This document shows positions 12,565-25,537 of a stretch of DNA of 64,000 nt, in pieces (position 1 is the first letter of the stretch; each line of letters starts with the position of its first letter). The notes under the pieces are model-generated. The model worked only from the letters and a program-made list of their open reading frames with translations, was not told the origin of the DNA and did not search any database. Origin of the DNA: Takakia lepidozioides (taxonomy: Eukaryota > Plantae > Bryophyta); assembly GCA_030704615.1 (NCBI GenBank), contig CM060733.1, positions 74,462,001 to 74,526,000 of the forward strand, read 5' to 3'. A program made the position numbers and the translations under genes.

Positions 12565-13580
12565 GTGCAGAGGGACATCTGCCGGGTGATGGAGAAATAT
12601 CTGTGCGTTCGATACCACCTGAAAACCGGGGTCGGTTTTTTTTGGAGGAGGAAAGGAAGGACTCAAACGGCCTTGTTGTCGAGAGTATTGTTGTGCTCCA
12701 CGATGATTTCGGCAATGGCAGGGAATGGCGAGTTCCACCATCGGACAGCGTCATATACATGGCTGTTGGGACTTCATTTGCCCGCCAAATGCACCTTCTA
12801 TCCTGGCGCCTTCCACGAAACAATCCGCGAATCAGAGAGTGGCTACCTCAAAGAGAGAAGTCCGCAACGAAGTAAATCCAGAGCCGAACCCATCCATGAA
12901 GACGAGCGAGAACCGGGTTGTCACAACCTGTCCGACTCAGACGAGGTCATGGAAGTTCCGAGATCGTCCTGGAGATCAGGCAAGTCCTCAATGGACGTTA
13001 GTGGAGGAGGGAGTCATATTCCCAGCACGAGCACTGCAGTTCGATCTATTCTTGAAATTCTGCGAGGGCTTCACCTGGAGGGACACCGGTCGGAGCTGGC
13101 CGGGCTGGACTACAGCAAGTTCGCAATTAAATCGGTTATATGCCTTCCCGCCGACGTCGACGGTAATATCTTCTTTGAGTTCCCTCCTCGGGCGGACTAC
13201 TCGAGGGCGTCCGGAATGTTGACAGATATGGATAGAAAACATGACGGTCATCCTTGGTGCGTTACCAAAACCACCAGCATGAAGATGCTCGATGGTTTCC
13301 GGTGCGCTACGTTGTTTGTGCGGGCGCGTTTGCGGTGTTTCTCCCCAACTTGCTTCCACTTTAAATCCAGAGGTCACAGGAACGAGACCGATTGGATAGG
13401 CACAGCTCATCAACCATTTCGAGCTCAGGAGAAAGTTCCGAACTCCACATTTAAGTGTGCGCATTGCAAAGAACCACCACACTGTATGTCTGTTTGTAAT
13501 GCCAAGCCTGTGTGTGCACCGTTTCCCTGACCTCACCCGAGCTTGCATACACGTTGGTTCCCATTGTCACAAATTGGCGA
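12565..13580 (+). pseudogene. Truncated MULE transposase N-terminus (Cys/His zinc-binding domain); catalytic domain deleted
   Basis: MDRKHDGHPWCVTKTT...CAHCKEPPHCMSVC...RACIHVGSHCH is homologous to the N-terminal half of ORF 62015-63760. Confidence 0.8.
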
Positions 13581-13976
13581 GGGGGAACAAAAATGGCGCC
13601 GAATTACCTGTCATGAGGGGACCTATAGCCGCGGAATTCGGCACCATTTTTCGCCAGAGAGACCTATTACCGCGAAATGCGTCGCCGTTTTTTCAGGTTA
13701 CGGACCCTATTACCGCGAAATTCAGCGCCATATTTGCACATGTCGCTGGGAATTGGCATGAGCGGAAGACGAAATATCATGAGCACAAGTGTCAAAACTA
13801 CAATTTTCCCTTCATGGGGCCGAATAATATATTTGTTTTTCCTGACACATTGCATTAAATTAATGTTTTTATTGTTTTTTATTTTCGAAATTTGTACTTC
13901 TGCTCATGAAAACCGATTGTCTTACTACTCCGCTCATGCCGCTCATGCTCATGAAATAGCTAACCTCGTGTAGGGG

Positions 13977-15301
13977 TGTTGAATGAAGCACACACCCTGT
14001 CACACACCATGCACCTAGCCACGAACTGTTGCACCTCTGTATGCATGCCACGCCACCAATACTGCCCTTGTAGTAAACTGTGAGTGCGTCGCACTCCAAA
14101 ATGCCCCAACTCCTCATGGGCATGCTGCACTAACCGTGCACGCTGTGTGGGGTGAGGCACAATCCTCACCCGACCATCCTCCCACACTCGAAGTAGGTGT
14201 ATCCCCTCCCACTTGAATCTCTTGGCTCGTTGCAGGATCCGATCCCTCTCCCTGGCAGTCACAGTGGCTGCCGTGTCTCTCGTGCGGAGGTAGTCCAACA
14301 CAGCTGAATCCTCATGTATATCTCTGGCACCACCTAGCTCATCACTAGCCTCAGGGTCCTCAGACACTCCGTCTACAGTCATCCCTGTTGTAGGTCCAAC
14401 CTGACCTCCCGATGCCAAGATACACAAAAATGCAGATGCGTGCCATCCCGGCACCATCTCCTCGTCCGTCTCACCATGCCACCGAGCTCCAGTGTCATCC
14501 TGCTGGCTCATGCATGGATTGCGACTCAATCCATCCGCATCCCAATTGACCAAACCCGGTCGATGCACAACCTGAAAGTCATACTCCTGGAGTATGAGTG
14601 CCCACCGTGCAAGCTTCCCCGTAAGCTTGTCTGACTCCATCAACCACTTGAGTGGCTGGTGATCCGTGACAAGGGTGAAATTGCCGTATAGATAGCACCT
14701 GAAGTGTGCCACGGCCCACACTGCAGCTAAGCACTCTCCCTCATATGAGCTGTACTTAGCCTCTGCAGCGTTGTTCGAGCGGCTAGCATAAGCCACTACG
14801 AACTCTCTTCCCTCATCATCCACCTGTGTGAGCACTGCTCCAAGCCCCAACATGCTCCAATCCGTATGCAGCTGAAAGGGACGCCCCCTGATAGGTCGTC
14901 TCAGGATAGGCGCCGAGGTCAACCTTGCCTTGAGCTCTTGAAAAGCTCGTTCCTGCTCATCTTCCCACTGCCACTCCTGGTCCACCTTGGTCAGTTTGGT
15001 TAGAGCCTTTGCAATGGTACTAAATCCCTTGACAAACCGTCTATAATAGTTTGCCAACCCCATGAAAGCTCGAACTCCGCTCACATCCGTGGGGCGTGGA
15101 ATTTGTGCAATGGCCTCTTGTGGCTGAAGCATACTCTCCATCAGAGAGCTCCACCAAACCTGCCTCCCAGAGATCTTGAGTCCTCATCTGAATCAAAGAC
15201 CTCTCCATGTCACTGTATCTATAGGGTCTCCGAAAGATTGGCGTGTTAGTGGCCAACTCAATACGGATCTCTTGACCCTTCAGTGCTCCCAAGTCCTTCA
15301 A
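13977..15301 (-). pseudogene. pol: Element C: RT N-terminal remnant, RT thumb/RNase H and integrase HHCC zinc finger
   Basis: PIFRRPYRYS, RAFMGLANYYRRFV, LHTDWSMLGLGAVL, YEGECLA, VTDHQPL and HEELGHFG...CMVC motifs; no YxDD motif. Confidence 0.9.
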
Positions 15302-15749
15302 ACTGAAGGCAAAGCAATTCCTGTAAGCCCTCAGGAACCGCCGTATACGTCGTCTCTCTCCTCCGGTGACAATGGGTCCAATGTCAGGCTCCCAATTGTC
15401 CTCCGTAACTGCAACCTTAAGTCCAGTGGGCTTAGAGGTAGAGGACGCGTCCAGTGGTTGCTATGTTGCAACCTCTCGAGCAGTACTCCCTACCTGCTCA
15501 GTCAGTGACAAGGCCTCATCCTGCCCCATCATCTTATCCTCAAGGACTTCCTCCACCCGAGAAAAATCCCCAACCTCATCTTTCACTGCCACCTGGCTGC
15601 CAACTCCCTCTGAACCTCAAGCACCTCCCACGTGTGCCATGGATGCCTGCACCCCGTGGTCCTCACATACTACTCACTGCCTGTACCATCTCGGTAGGCA
15701 GAGACCATTGAGGGAAGTGTACTCCGCACTCTACGTTGCTCAGCCATAG

Positions 15750-16700
15750 CCAAGCTGATAATCCAGGTCAAGCAATTGAGATCCATTGCTTGCCCCAACA
15801 CCTGACGACGTGATGCCTCAGAAAGAGACGACACCGCCGTGGTACCAGTGGGAAATACCCATTGCCCGCTCACGCTCGTCAGCATTAGGCCCCACTAACT
15901 GCTGCAACTGAGCATCCCACAGGAGGCCAGGTCCACTATCCCGGAAAGCATGCGATCCTCGGAAGCTGAGCAGTGTAGGTAATGCTGCTCGTGGTTGACC
16001 CACCTTGTTGACCACTGCCAAAGGCGAACGGTCATCGTGTCTAACACGCTAAGACTGCCTCCCTGTGTCCAAAATGCTATCCACTGTGAGATGTACTGGC
16101 CGCTGCACCCCATCAAATGCACGCTTGAGCAGTGCGGGTGGCATCAAGTTAGTCCACCATAGTCGTGGACGATGAGCCCGTGACCCCACTGTAGCTGCAT
16201 CTAGCAACACTTCTGACCCAAGCCACGACCGGACTTGATGCACACTGGCCATCACCCTGGCCCAAGAATCGCCCATCAGTGGCACATTCTCCAAGATGTA
16301 TACTGGAGATACAGCTTGATGAATCTGCAAGTGGCGCAAAACCCGCACCATCTCCCAAAACAGACCCGACTCGAGTCTCGCAATCCATTGCCATGCCTGG
16401 CTGATGAATGCCCTTGGCAGGGCCAACCTGCCACTACCAGATCAATGGAGCCAACCTGCTCCAAATCCTGCGCCCCAGCAACGAAATGTTTGCTGACAAG
16501 GCTTGTTGGTATCCACGAACTGCACACTGGCAACAAATCAGGGTACTGTTGTACCAACTGAGCAACATGGCGCAGTGAGACGCATCGTGCAATCTCATCC
16601 CTCTCCACATACAGGTAACGTCGAACTCGTACACCTGCCTACAGCACTGCAGCCAATCCAGTGCTGATCCCGCCAAACAAGTCCAGAGGGCATATGCCTT
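15750..16700 (-). pseudogene. DNMT3-like C5-cytosine DNA methyltransferase domain within the Gypsy polyprotein
   Basis: Ordered motifs: I LDLFGGI (16666-16686), II YVERD, IV DLVVAGWPCQG (~16411-16440), VI YILENV (~16283), VIII AHRPRLWWTN (~16160), IX ERERAMG-FP and X RRQVLGQAM. One stop and several frameshifts. Confidence 0.88.
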
Positions 16701-17058
16701 CATCCGGGCACTACCACACAAGAGGTGTGGTGTCCAATGGTGACAATTGAGGTGGTCCTGGGTGCAATCACCGCACACTCCTCTTCCCCTGACGGTACAA
16801 AGGCCTCTACCCAGGCTTGTTGCACCCGTCCATCAGCAGCCTGCTGCAAATCTTTGCCCGTACCCCACAATGGAGTGTGAGCAACCATGGCAGGCAACTC
16901 CGCCGTACCATGCATGTCATCTTGCTCTGCGGGAGGTGACACATCCTCTGCATGGGCATTGCCATCCAGCAACTCTCCAGGCCAACTAACTACAGCTGTA
17001 AAGGCGGCTAGTGTTGGCATCCTGCCCCGCTAGGCAGCCGCAATACCTCCAATGAATG

Positions 17059-18201
17059 TCACAGGGAGCTGTACACGACGACCCTCCCCTGACTACCATC
17101 CAGGCCTATAGGAAGCTGACTCCTCCCCCAAAAATCCAGGGTGAAGCCCATGGGGTACAACACTGCCCCACCAACCAGGACATCGTACGAGACTGCGTCT
17201 GTCACAATGGCCTTGGTTCGCATCGCTGAACCATCTGTAGGGTGATCCGACTGTAGTCCAATGGCCAACTCATGCCGTGTCATGCCCCGAGCCTGCTCTG
17301 ATCCTCCTAGAGATGTATGTATCTGGAAAGGACAAGGCTCCATATCCGCCTCCATGAGGCCCAAACCTGCAATAGCAGCTCTGCCCAACATCAGTGGCTG
17401 AGCTCCCGAGTCCAACAAGACCCGCAGTGGCCGGTACTTCTTGCCTGCCGGTCCACTCAAAGTGAAAATGCCATCCTGGTTGTCTAACAAGACAACTGCA
17501 GGTGTCACCATGGCGCGCTCAAAGGCTGGCCTAGCTGGCAGCTCCGTCAACCTGACAACTGCAGCTTGCCATGGCGCAGCCGTGGCAGTCTTGACCCTCA
17601 AATCCGAGGATCCCTCTGCCACTACACCTTCCACTAACTCCGCGGAAGATGAAGTGACCTCCCCACTCTCACAGAGTGTTGCTGCTAGTCTGAACACTGC
17701 AGCTGGTCTTACCCTCGACGTCGCAATCATGGTTGCCGAGAACAGTGGGGCTTGACACACAGAGGGGGCTGCCCCCCAACACACCGGCTGCACTAGCCTT
17801 GGTAGCAGTGTCAGTGCTGCACGTGTAGCTCTCCCCCATGGCACAGTAACCTCCGCCTTGGTAACAGTCAGGCGAGAACTAGGTGCCATGGATGGCGTCA
17901 ACACAGTCTCCGCCAATGTGAATGACTGAGGAAGCCTTGCCTGACGGCTTGCCTCCCCACGCTGTGGATCCAATTCCACCTCTGCACCTCGTGGCTCAGG
18001 AACTCGTGCTGCTCCTCGAGTCACGGCTGTAGCAGACTCCACCTCCACTAGTGGTAGTGCTGCTCCGCACATGAATCTCATGCCTCCCATATCTCCTCCC
18101 TCAGGCGCAGGAGGTGGACCATCTTGCCTGGGAGCCGGTACCAGCTGAGCTGTAGCCATGGCAGCGAGCCTCTGCTCTAGCTGCTGAAGCCGGTTGGCCA
18201 T
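17059..18201 (-). CDS. Element C gag-protease linker and aspartic protease
   Basis: VLLDSGAQPLMLG active-site motif and the YDVLVGG motif. Confidence 0.82.
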   Translation of the reverse strand: MANRLQQLEQRLAAMATAQLVPAPRQDGPPPAPEGGDMGGMRFMCGAALPLVEVESATAVTRGAARVPEPRGAEVELDPQRGEASRQARLPQSFTLAETVLTPSMAPSSRLTVTKAEVTVPWGRATRAALTLLPRLVQPVCWGAAPSVCQAPLFSATMIATSRVRPAAVFRLAATLCESGEVTSSSAELVEGVVAEGSSDLRVKTATAAPWQAAVVRLTELPARPAFERAMVTPAVVLLDNQDGIFTLSGPAGKKYRPLRVLLDSGAQPLMLGRAAIAGLGLMEADMEPCPFQIHTSLGGSEQARGMTRHELAIGLQSDHPTDGSAMRTKAIVTDAVSYDVLVGGAVLYPMGFTLDFWGRSQLPIGLDGSQGRVVVYSSL

Positions 18202-19339
18202 GCCTTGGTTAACACCCTGACCTCCGCGTCCTTGGCCATGTTGAGCTTGCCTTTGGCCTGCACCTCGGGCCCGACCACCTCGTCCTCTCTAGGCTGGTCC
18301 ACCTCGCCCCCGGCCACCATTGTTCCCTTGGAACTGGCCTGGGCGCAACTCAGGATGCAAGTCATAACACTGGGCATCTCCATGCCCATACTTGCCACAA
18401 TGCCCACACTGCAACTGTGCAGGCTGTGCTTGTGCCGGCCTTCTGCCACTCTCTGGGCAATCTCTCTTGACCTGGGGTCCTCCACATGTCCAATATATCA
18501 CCCCTGGTTGCTGTTGGCCTGCAAAAGATCCACGGGCCTCTGCACCTGAGGTCCCCTGTAAGCTCCATGGAACTTGGGGTTGGGAAACCTTGCCCCCCTG
18601 ACCACGCTGTTGGGCAGTCCCTTGTGCCTGTGGGCTGGCAGCTGCGCCTCGTGCAGGCATGTCCTTGCCAAATCCAATGGTAACAACGCTCCTCCACCAT
18701 GTTGAGCTCAATCCACTCAGCCAGCAGAAACACATCTGCTAATGTGGGTTGGGTTGCTTGTAACAGGGTTGCATCCCGCACCCTTCTCCTGAGCTCCTTG
18801 TCCAAAATTCCATACCAGAACTGGATTGCCTGAGCTTCAATAACCCCTTGGGTCACACTTATCAAGCGCCTCATATGAGTGTAGGCCTCTCGCAAGCTCT
18901 CACTAGGTTTGCGCTGGAAGTCTTGCAAACTTCGCAGCTTCTCTGTCCGTACACCTTGGTAGTTCTCCTCCGCAACTCCTAGAAGAACTCCACCACCGGG
19001 TTGAATCTAGGCACATGTGTTGTAGTCGTGGCAGGAGAGTATAGTAGCACCTTTTGAACTGGTACCACCTGCAGAAGTCCGGCACTACTTGTTTCCACTA
19101 CTAGTGCTGGCAGTGGGAGATATTGGTACTGATGCAGCTACTGGTCGCGTCGTGCCTCGAGTAATGGAGACATAGTCAGGTGACCAATACATCCTCCACT
19201 CCTCAATCTCTGCTTCATGTCCTCGCCTGAACTCGTGGTAATCGTCCATAGGCGGGCCTTCCAAATGCTGGAACAGTCCTTCCATCCACCCATGAATGGG
19301 GTGAACAGCTGTGGATTGCGCATCTGCTGCAAATCACAC

Positions 19340-20063
19340 TGTCGCGGCCCTTTGCCTTGAGGGCAGGGGGTCGGGACACATGAGGGGCTGCCCCTGTGGG
19401 GGGGCAGCGGCAGCGATAGGTATGGGGGCTGAAGCACCCTTGAGTGCCCAAGGCACTCAAGGAGGCGGAGGCGCTCACTAGGCGAGCCCGCACACCGGGT
19501 TGCGGTGGGGTGGCTCCACAAGGGGTGATGGTAGCTTAGCGGGACTTAGTGGGGGTGGCATAGGACTCACCCATGGGGGCGGAGACCTCGTGGTGGGAGT
19601 CGTGGGGAGTCTTGGGACTCATCACGGTCCATAGGGGGCCGTGGTGAGTGGGCCAAGACTCACCGCGACTCATCACCGGGAGTCGAGGGTTTTCGTGGTG
19701 GTTCGCCATAAAATGGCATGGCTGGTTGTGTGAAACCCCCGGACAGCTACAGAAGTATATATAGGGAGTAGTAACCCCGAGAACGGTGCAAGCCCGTTGG
19801 TGACCCAAAAACTAGTGAGGAAGCGAGGAGCCGGAAAGCGACCAAAGAGTGGGAGCTGTTCCGGACTCCAACTACCAAAGGGAATTCCCCGCTGTTTCCA
19901 AATCGGTGGAGGGTTCTTTGGGAGTTCAAAGGAGGACCGTTATGCCCCGGTGAGCAGCCGAAGCTCCAAGTTGGCCGGCGGCCCAGGTTGGGAGTTAGGC
20001 TCGCGCGCATCAAGCGAGTAACTATGACTTGAAGGGGAGCTTACCGAAGTGAGGTGCGCGACA
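19340..20063 (+). repeat. 5' LTR of B
   Basis: TGTCGCG...CGCGACA; direct repeat of 25538-26263. Confidence 0.93.
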
Positions 20064-20065
20064 CT

Positions 20066-20077
20066 TGGTATCAGAGC
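20066..20077 (+). promoter_or_regulatory. Primer-binding site complementary to the tRNA-iMet 3' end
   Basis: TGGTATCAGAGC lies 2 bp after the LTR. Confidence 0.9.
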
Positions 20078-20118
20078 TTAGAGTTCAGTACGCGATCGTC
20101 CTTGGGATTGGCCTCATC

Positions 20119-23100
20119 ATGGGGTCGGGCAAGCCAAAGCGAAAGCGGAACGGCCCAAAAGATGATGATCCTGGTGAGCCCGATGGGGGCGACGTGTCAC
20201 CGAGGCGGCCGTTTGAGGAAGCGATGCATGTTCCGAAAACGAGGCCGCTCAAGAGCGGGAGGAATCTGAGGAGTCGGAGCCCGAGGAATCCTGAGAGCTC
20301 CGACCGACCAACAGATGCCATGCCGGCAGCCTTTTGGGAAGGGTTGTTGGCGCAATTTGGCGGGACGTTGAAAGACGTGTTGAAGGCGGCTAATGCCACT
20401 TCCACTAAGGCAAAATTTAAGGTGAAGCCTAAGGAACCCGCACCTTCGAGGGCGTCCGAAATCGGAAGGCACTCAACACCTGGCTCTGGAGCTAGAGCAG
20501 TACTTCCGGGCGGCCAAGTTGAGTGACGAGGATCGGGTGGAAGTGGCTCCCACCTATTTGAGGGGCTATGCTCAACAATGGTGGCAGAAACGCCTTCACG
20601 ACCGAGGTCCAAGCCGGAAACCTTGAACTGGAGTGGGTTCAAGGAATTGATGAAAAGGCAGTTTGTGCCCTCAACGCGTCCTGGCTTGCCCGGGACAAGA
20701 TGAGGAATTTGAAGCAAACAGATGACATTCGGGGATATGTCCAGGCTTTCAATGTGCTGTTGCTCGAAGTCGCGGACATGGCAGAACCAGAAATGGTCTT
20801 CAACTTTTGGCGGGACTGGCCCCATGGGCAGGCGGAAGTTGGAGGAGAAGCCACCTAAGACTTTGAACGAGGCAATTGAGAGGGCTGAATGTTTCTCGGA
20901 TGTCCCTAGGGGTGAGACAAGGCCGTACGGAGCTGAACCACAAGAAGACCCGGCGGGAAGGTGACTCCTTCCGACCGGAAAAGAAGTGGGATAGGCCACG
21001 CGGCGACAATGGCACGTGGAAATCGAAGGGAGGGCCTTCACAAGTCAAGGCGGCACCCGGTGCTTCGAAAGGAAAAGCGGGTGGAGCGGCCTATGGCGGA
21101 CAGAAGGCGACCTTTGATGGAGTGTTTCAATTGCGGGGAGCCCGGGCACATGGCCAAGAAGTGCACGAAGCCCGACAATTGAACATGACTCGGGCGACCA
21201 CAGAGCTGTCGGAAGATACCATCAGTCGCTTGGTGGAAGCGGTGGTCGCCAGGACTTGCAAGGTAGGCAAATTTTCTTGTGAGTTGTATCAGGAAACTGG
21301 CGCCTTACGTAAAGGGAGTCAGTTATTGTTCGTGGATGGGATAATATCCGGAACTAACGTGTCATTGTTGGTGGACACAGGAGGAGCGTCGCACTCCTTC
21401 ATGACACCGGCAACGGCACAAAATGGGACTCCCGAAGTGACGTGGGGGCCCTATTGAGGTGCGTTCTGCCAAAGGAGAACCGCAATTGGCGACGAGGTTG
21501 GCGTTCGATGTTCCTCTTCAACTGGGGAGTTGGGAAGGACGTGAGAACTTCACCATTTGCGAGATCGATGGAGTGGATCTCATTTTGGGGATGACCTTTT
21601 TGAGCAAATCCGGAGCGGTCATAGATGGCCGCAAGAGAGTAGTCACGCTGCCATGTGGGAATGGTGGCGAGGTCTTACGAGTGTGGAAACGCCCAAACCC
21701 GTGGGAGGGCGAATAAACCTTCTGTCAGCAAGGGAGTGGGCCGTGGAGGAGGCACGAGCCCCAGTTTTTGCTTTACATTAGAGAAGTGAAGGGAGAAGGC
21801 GATGGGGAGCCGAGCCCAGATTGGATCAAGGGGATTTTGGAGAATACCAGGATGTGATGCCGGAGGATTTACCAAGCGGCTTGCCACCGCGAAGAGGAGT
21901 TGACCACAAGATTGAGGTGATACCGGGATCGGAACCGCCTGCCAAGGCGCCCTACCGGTTGAGCCACAGAGTTGGTCGAGCTGAAGACTCAGCTCAAAGA
22001 TCTAATGTCAAAGGGGTACATCCGGCCGAGTAAGTCACCTTACGGAGCCCCGGTGCTATTCGCAGACAAGAAGGATGGGACGCTGCGGATGTGTGTCGAT
22101 TACAGGGCTTTGAATAAGGTGACTATCAAAAACCGGTACCCTTTGCCAAGGATCGACGACCTTTTCGATCGGTTGGCAGGAGCGAAGTATTTCAGCCGGA
22201 TCGATCTGCGCTCCGGCTATCATCAAATTCGAGTGGCGGAAGGAGATGAGGAGAAGACCGCGTGCAGGACAAGGTATGGTTCATATGAGTTCTTGGTGAT
22301 GCCTTTGGGCTCACCAATGCACCGCGACCTTTAGCACGCTGATGAACAGCCTTTTCCAGGAGTGGTTGGATGACTTTGTGATCGTGTACATCGACGACAT
22401 CTTGGTGTATTCGAAAACAAAGGAGGAGCACCTGGAGCACCTCAAAAGGGTGTTCCAGAAATTGCGGGAAAGGGAAGCTGTATGCAAAGCTTCAAAGTGC
22501 GAAATTCGGGGTCACAAAAGTGGAGTTCCTGGGGCATGTGATTACACAGGATGGGATCAAAATGGATGACAGAAGGTGAGGGCGATCTTGGACTGGGAGC
22601 CTCCGACTTCGGTCCCGGGAGTGCGATCCTTCCTAGGACTCGCCTCCTATTACCGGAAGTATGTGAGAAATTTCGCCAAGATGCCGCTGTCAGACCTTCT
22701 GTGTAAATCCAAAGTCTGGGTATGGAACACCTTTGTGGCCAAGCTTTTGCTGAATTGAAGCAGCGGATGGCGGAAGCTCCAGTCTTGAAAATCCCGGAGT
22801 TCGATCGTCCGTTCGAGATTCATACAGATGCGTCGGACTTTGCGATTGGGGGTGTACTGATGCAAGATGGACGTCCAGTGGCTTACGAAAGTAAGAAACT
22901 GAATGAAGTGGAGCGACGGTGGCCGACGCACGAGAAAGAGATGAAGGCGGTGGTGCACTGTCTTGAGCTTTGGCGCCACTATGTTGGTTCCAACCCAGTG
23001 AAGGTGTTCACGGACAATGTCACGGTGAAGTATTTTGCCACGCAGCCCAAGTTGTCCCCAAAACAACTTAGGTGGCAAGATACTTTGGCAGTGTTCGACG

Positions 23101-24631
23101 TGGATATCCAACAAAACCGGGACGGACAATGTGGTGGCCGATGCTTTAAGTAGAAAGCAGCAGCTCTTGTTGGTGTACAGGGGCGAGACGGCGCTCCAAA
23201 GGAAGATCCGGAAGGCTTGCCGGAAGGATGAGCTGGCGAAGTCCGTGATGCAGGACTTGAGGATGGGGGTTAAATCGCAGTTCCACTTGCAAAATGGACT
23301 GCTCCGGTATAAGCAAAAGCGTCTCTACGTGCCGAAGGGAGGGATCAGAGATAGTCTCTTGAGAGAATGCCATGATAGCCCGCTTGCGGGCCACGGCGGA
23401 GCCAAGCGCACTGCGGCACTCTTGAAGAAAGAGTATTTCTGGCCCAAACTGAGGGAGGAGGCAGAGGAGTATGTCAAGACATGCACCACATGCCAACAAA
23501 ACCGAGTACAAAAAGCAAGCGGGGCTGTTACAACCCTTGCCGATTCCAGAGGGGACTTGGGAAAGCGTCTCGATGGATTTCATGACTGCTATGCCGCTGT
23601 CAAAAGGATTCGATGCAATCATGGTGGTGGTGGATAGGTTCAGTAAAATGGGCCATTTCATCCCCACCAAGGAGACGGCAACGGCGCAGGAGACAGGGCG
23701 ACTTTACTTCGCCCACGTCTTAAACATCATGGAGTCCCGAAGGATATTGTCTCGGACCGCGATCCAAAGTTTACGAGTAAAATTTTGGAGGACACTTTGG
23801 AAGAAGATGGGGACGAGGCTGAAGATGAGCACCGCCTTCCGACCTACGACCGACGGCCCAACAGAAAGAGTGAATTCCGTAGTGAAGCAGATCTTGCGGA
23901 ATTACGTGTCGGCAGACCAATCAGACTGGGTGGAACACTTAGACGCGGTAGAGTTCTGTTATATAACACAGAACACTCCGCAACGGGAGTTTCCCCTTTC
24001 GTATTGGTCTATGGAAAAGCACCTCTGGTGCCGACAAGTTGGGCCGCCCAGGACGTTGAGGAACCGGCAGTAGCGCGGTACTGGAAGAACGCGAGCGTTG
24101 TTGAAGCTCGCAAAGTACAACATGGCTAGGAAACGGTATGAAAGGCAGGCGAATCGGAAGCGGAGGGAAGTGAAGTTTGAGGCAGGCACGGAGGTCTGGT
24201 TGAACATCAAGAATTTCCGACTACCTCCGGAAGTGAGTCCAAAGTTCGTACCTCCGTATGCGGGACCCTTTCGCATCCGGAAGGTTATGAATGAGGATGT
24301 GTATGAATTGGAGCTGCCGGCAAACAGCAAGGTGCATCCAGTATTCCACGTCTCCCTTTTGAAGCCTTACTTCAAAGATGAAGCGCGTCCGAATCGGCAT
24401 CAAGTGTTGCGTCCGCCACCTGTGCTGTTGGATCATGAAAATGAACCTGAGTACGAGGTGGAGGCATACTTAAGTCGAGGAGGTTCAAGAACCGAGAACG
24501 GAGTATCTCGTCAAATGGAAGGGCTATCATCATGTGGAGGCATCTTGGGGGTGCGTGCCTCAGAAATGGGAAACGCATCCGAGGCGGTTGCAGTTTTCGA
24601 AGGGCGACCTCAAAAGCGGAAGAAGCGTTGA
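20119..24631 (+). pseudogene. gag-pol: gag-pol of B (Gag CCHC, PR, RT, RH, IN, chromodomain), frameshifted
   Basis: [57 protein letters not shown], and EYEVEA..EYLVKWKGY..SW (chromodomain). Confidence 0.92.
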
Positions 24632-25537
24632 TGGGGACATCAACCTTGGAGCGTGGGGGAGGAAATGCATGCTTAGCCCGGCTTAGCTAGCTCAGGAATC
24701 CGATTGCAAAAACTTGTATTGTACAAAAATTTGTTATAAAGGAAATGGGTTCCAAATGTTGTGCGTCCTATTTTTTTGGAATGGTGATGCATGGTGTGGT
24801 TGGCTAGTGTGTAGAATGCATGCTAGCTTACAAAAGTGGGAGAGGTAAATTGGGTTAATCGTGTGTTTGCGCAGTGCCGAAATCGGGTGACTCCCATCCA
24901 AGGGGCAAGGAAACTTGCGCCTTCTTTGGGAGTTCACGTGCTAGTGCGCACCTGGCGCGTGCGCGTACTATAACTGCGCTACCGGGTGGTTGCCTTTGTA
25001 GTGCGGGCTAACGCGGAAGCTATGTGCTTCCGTTCACGTACTATAATCGTGTAGCCTCGGGACGAAGTCGTAGTGCGGCTTCGGCGTGTTCCCGTACCTC
25101 AGGCCAGCATTCCAAGACGGACCCAATTGTAGTGTGATTGGGGAGCACGGTGGTTCAAGGTTATCTTCCTAGTCAAAAGGGGTTCGAGGTGAACCCTTGC
25201 GCAAAGTGATGCCAAAAGCGGGCATCAGGAGCGATCGCAAGCAATGTTGTTGCAGTAAGGCGATTCGATCCTCGGGGAGGATCGTTCCTTGCCTTGAAGA
25301 AGGCCAAGAAGAGTGCACTGGGAGGAGCTTGAGAGGCTCCACCCTGGCCGGGACTTGGAGGAAGTCGGCCGAACTAGCTAGTGGAGAGTAGAGTCAAGTG
25401 TGGGGTTTGGTTCTTTGCCATGGGACGCCATGGTACGGAAACAAACTCCTTGATGTGGGACGCCACAACTTGGATGTTCGTTTCTACAAAATGGACAAGT
25501 CGATGAGGACATCGACTCCCTGTGGTAGGGGTGGGTG

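Larger units (their letters stand above)
8251..13967 (+). mobile_element. Non-autonomous MULE (M1a) with terminal inverted repeats (TIRs) and 8-9 bp TSD
   Basis: Left end GGGGCTGCTATTTCATGAACGGCATGAGC; right end reverse complement GAGGTTAGCTATTTCATGAGCATGAGCGG. Duplication GTGTAGGGG at 8242-8250 and 13968-13976. It splits C integrase (FNTPT|PQLHLL). Confidence 0.88.

Noticed and set aside
20085-21041. 318 aa minus-strand ORF
   Set aside because: Antisense shadow of B gag.
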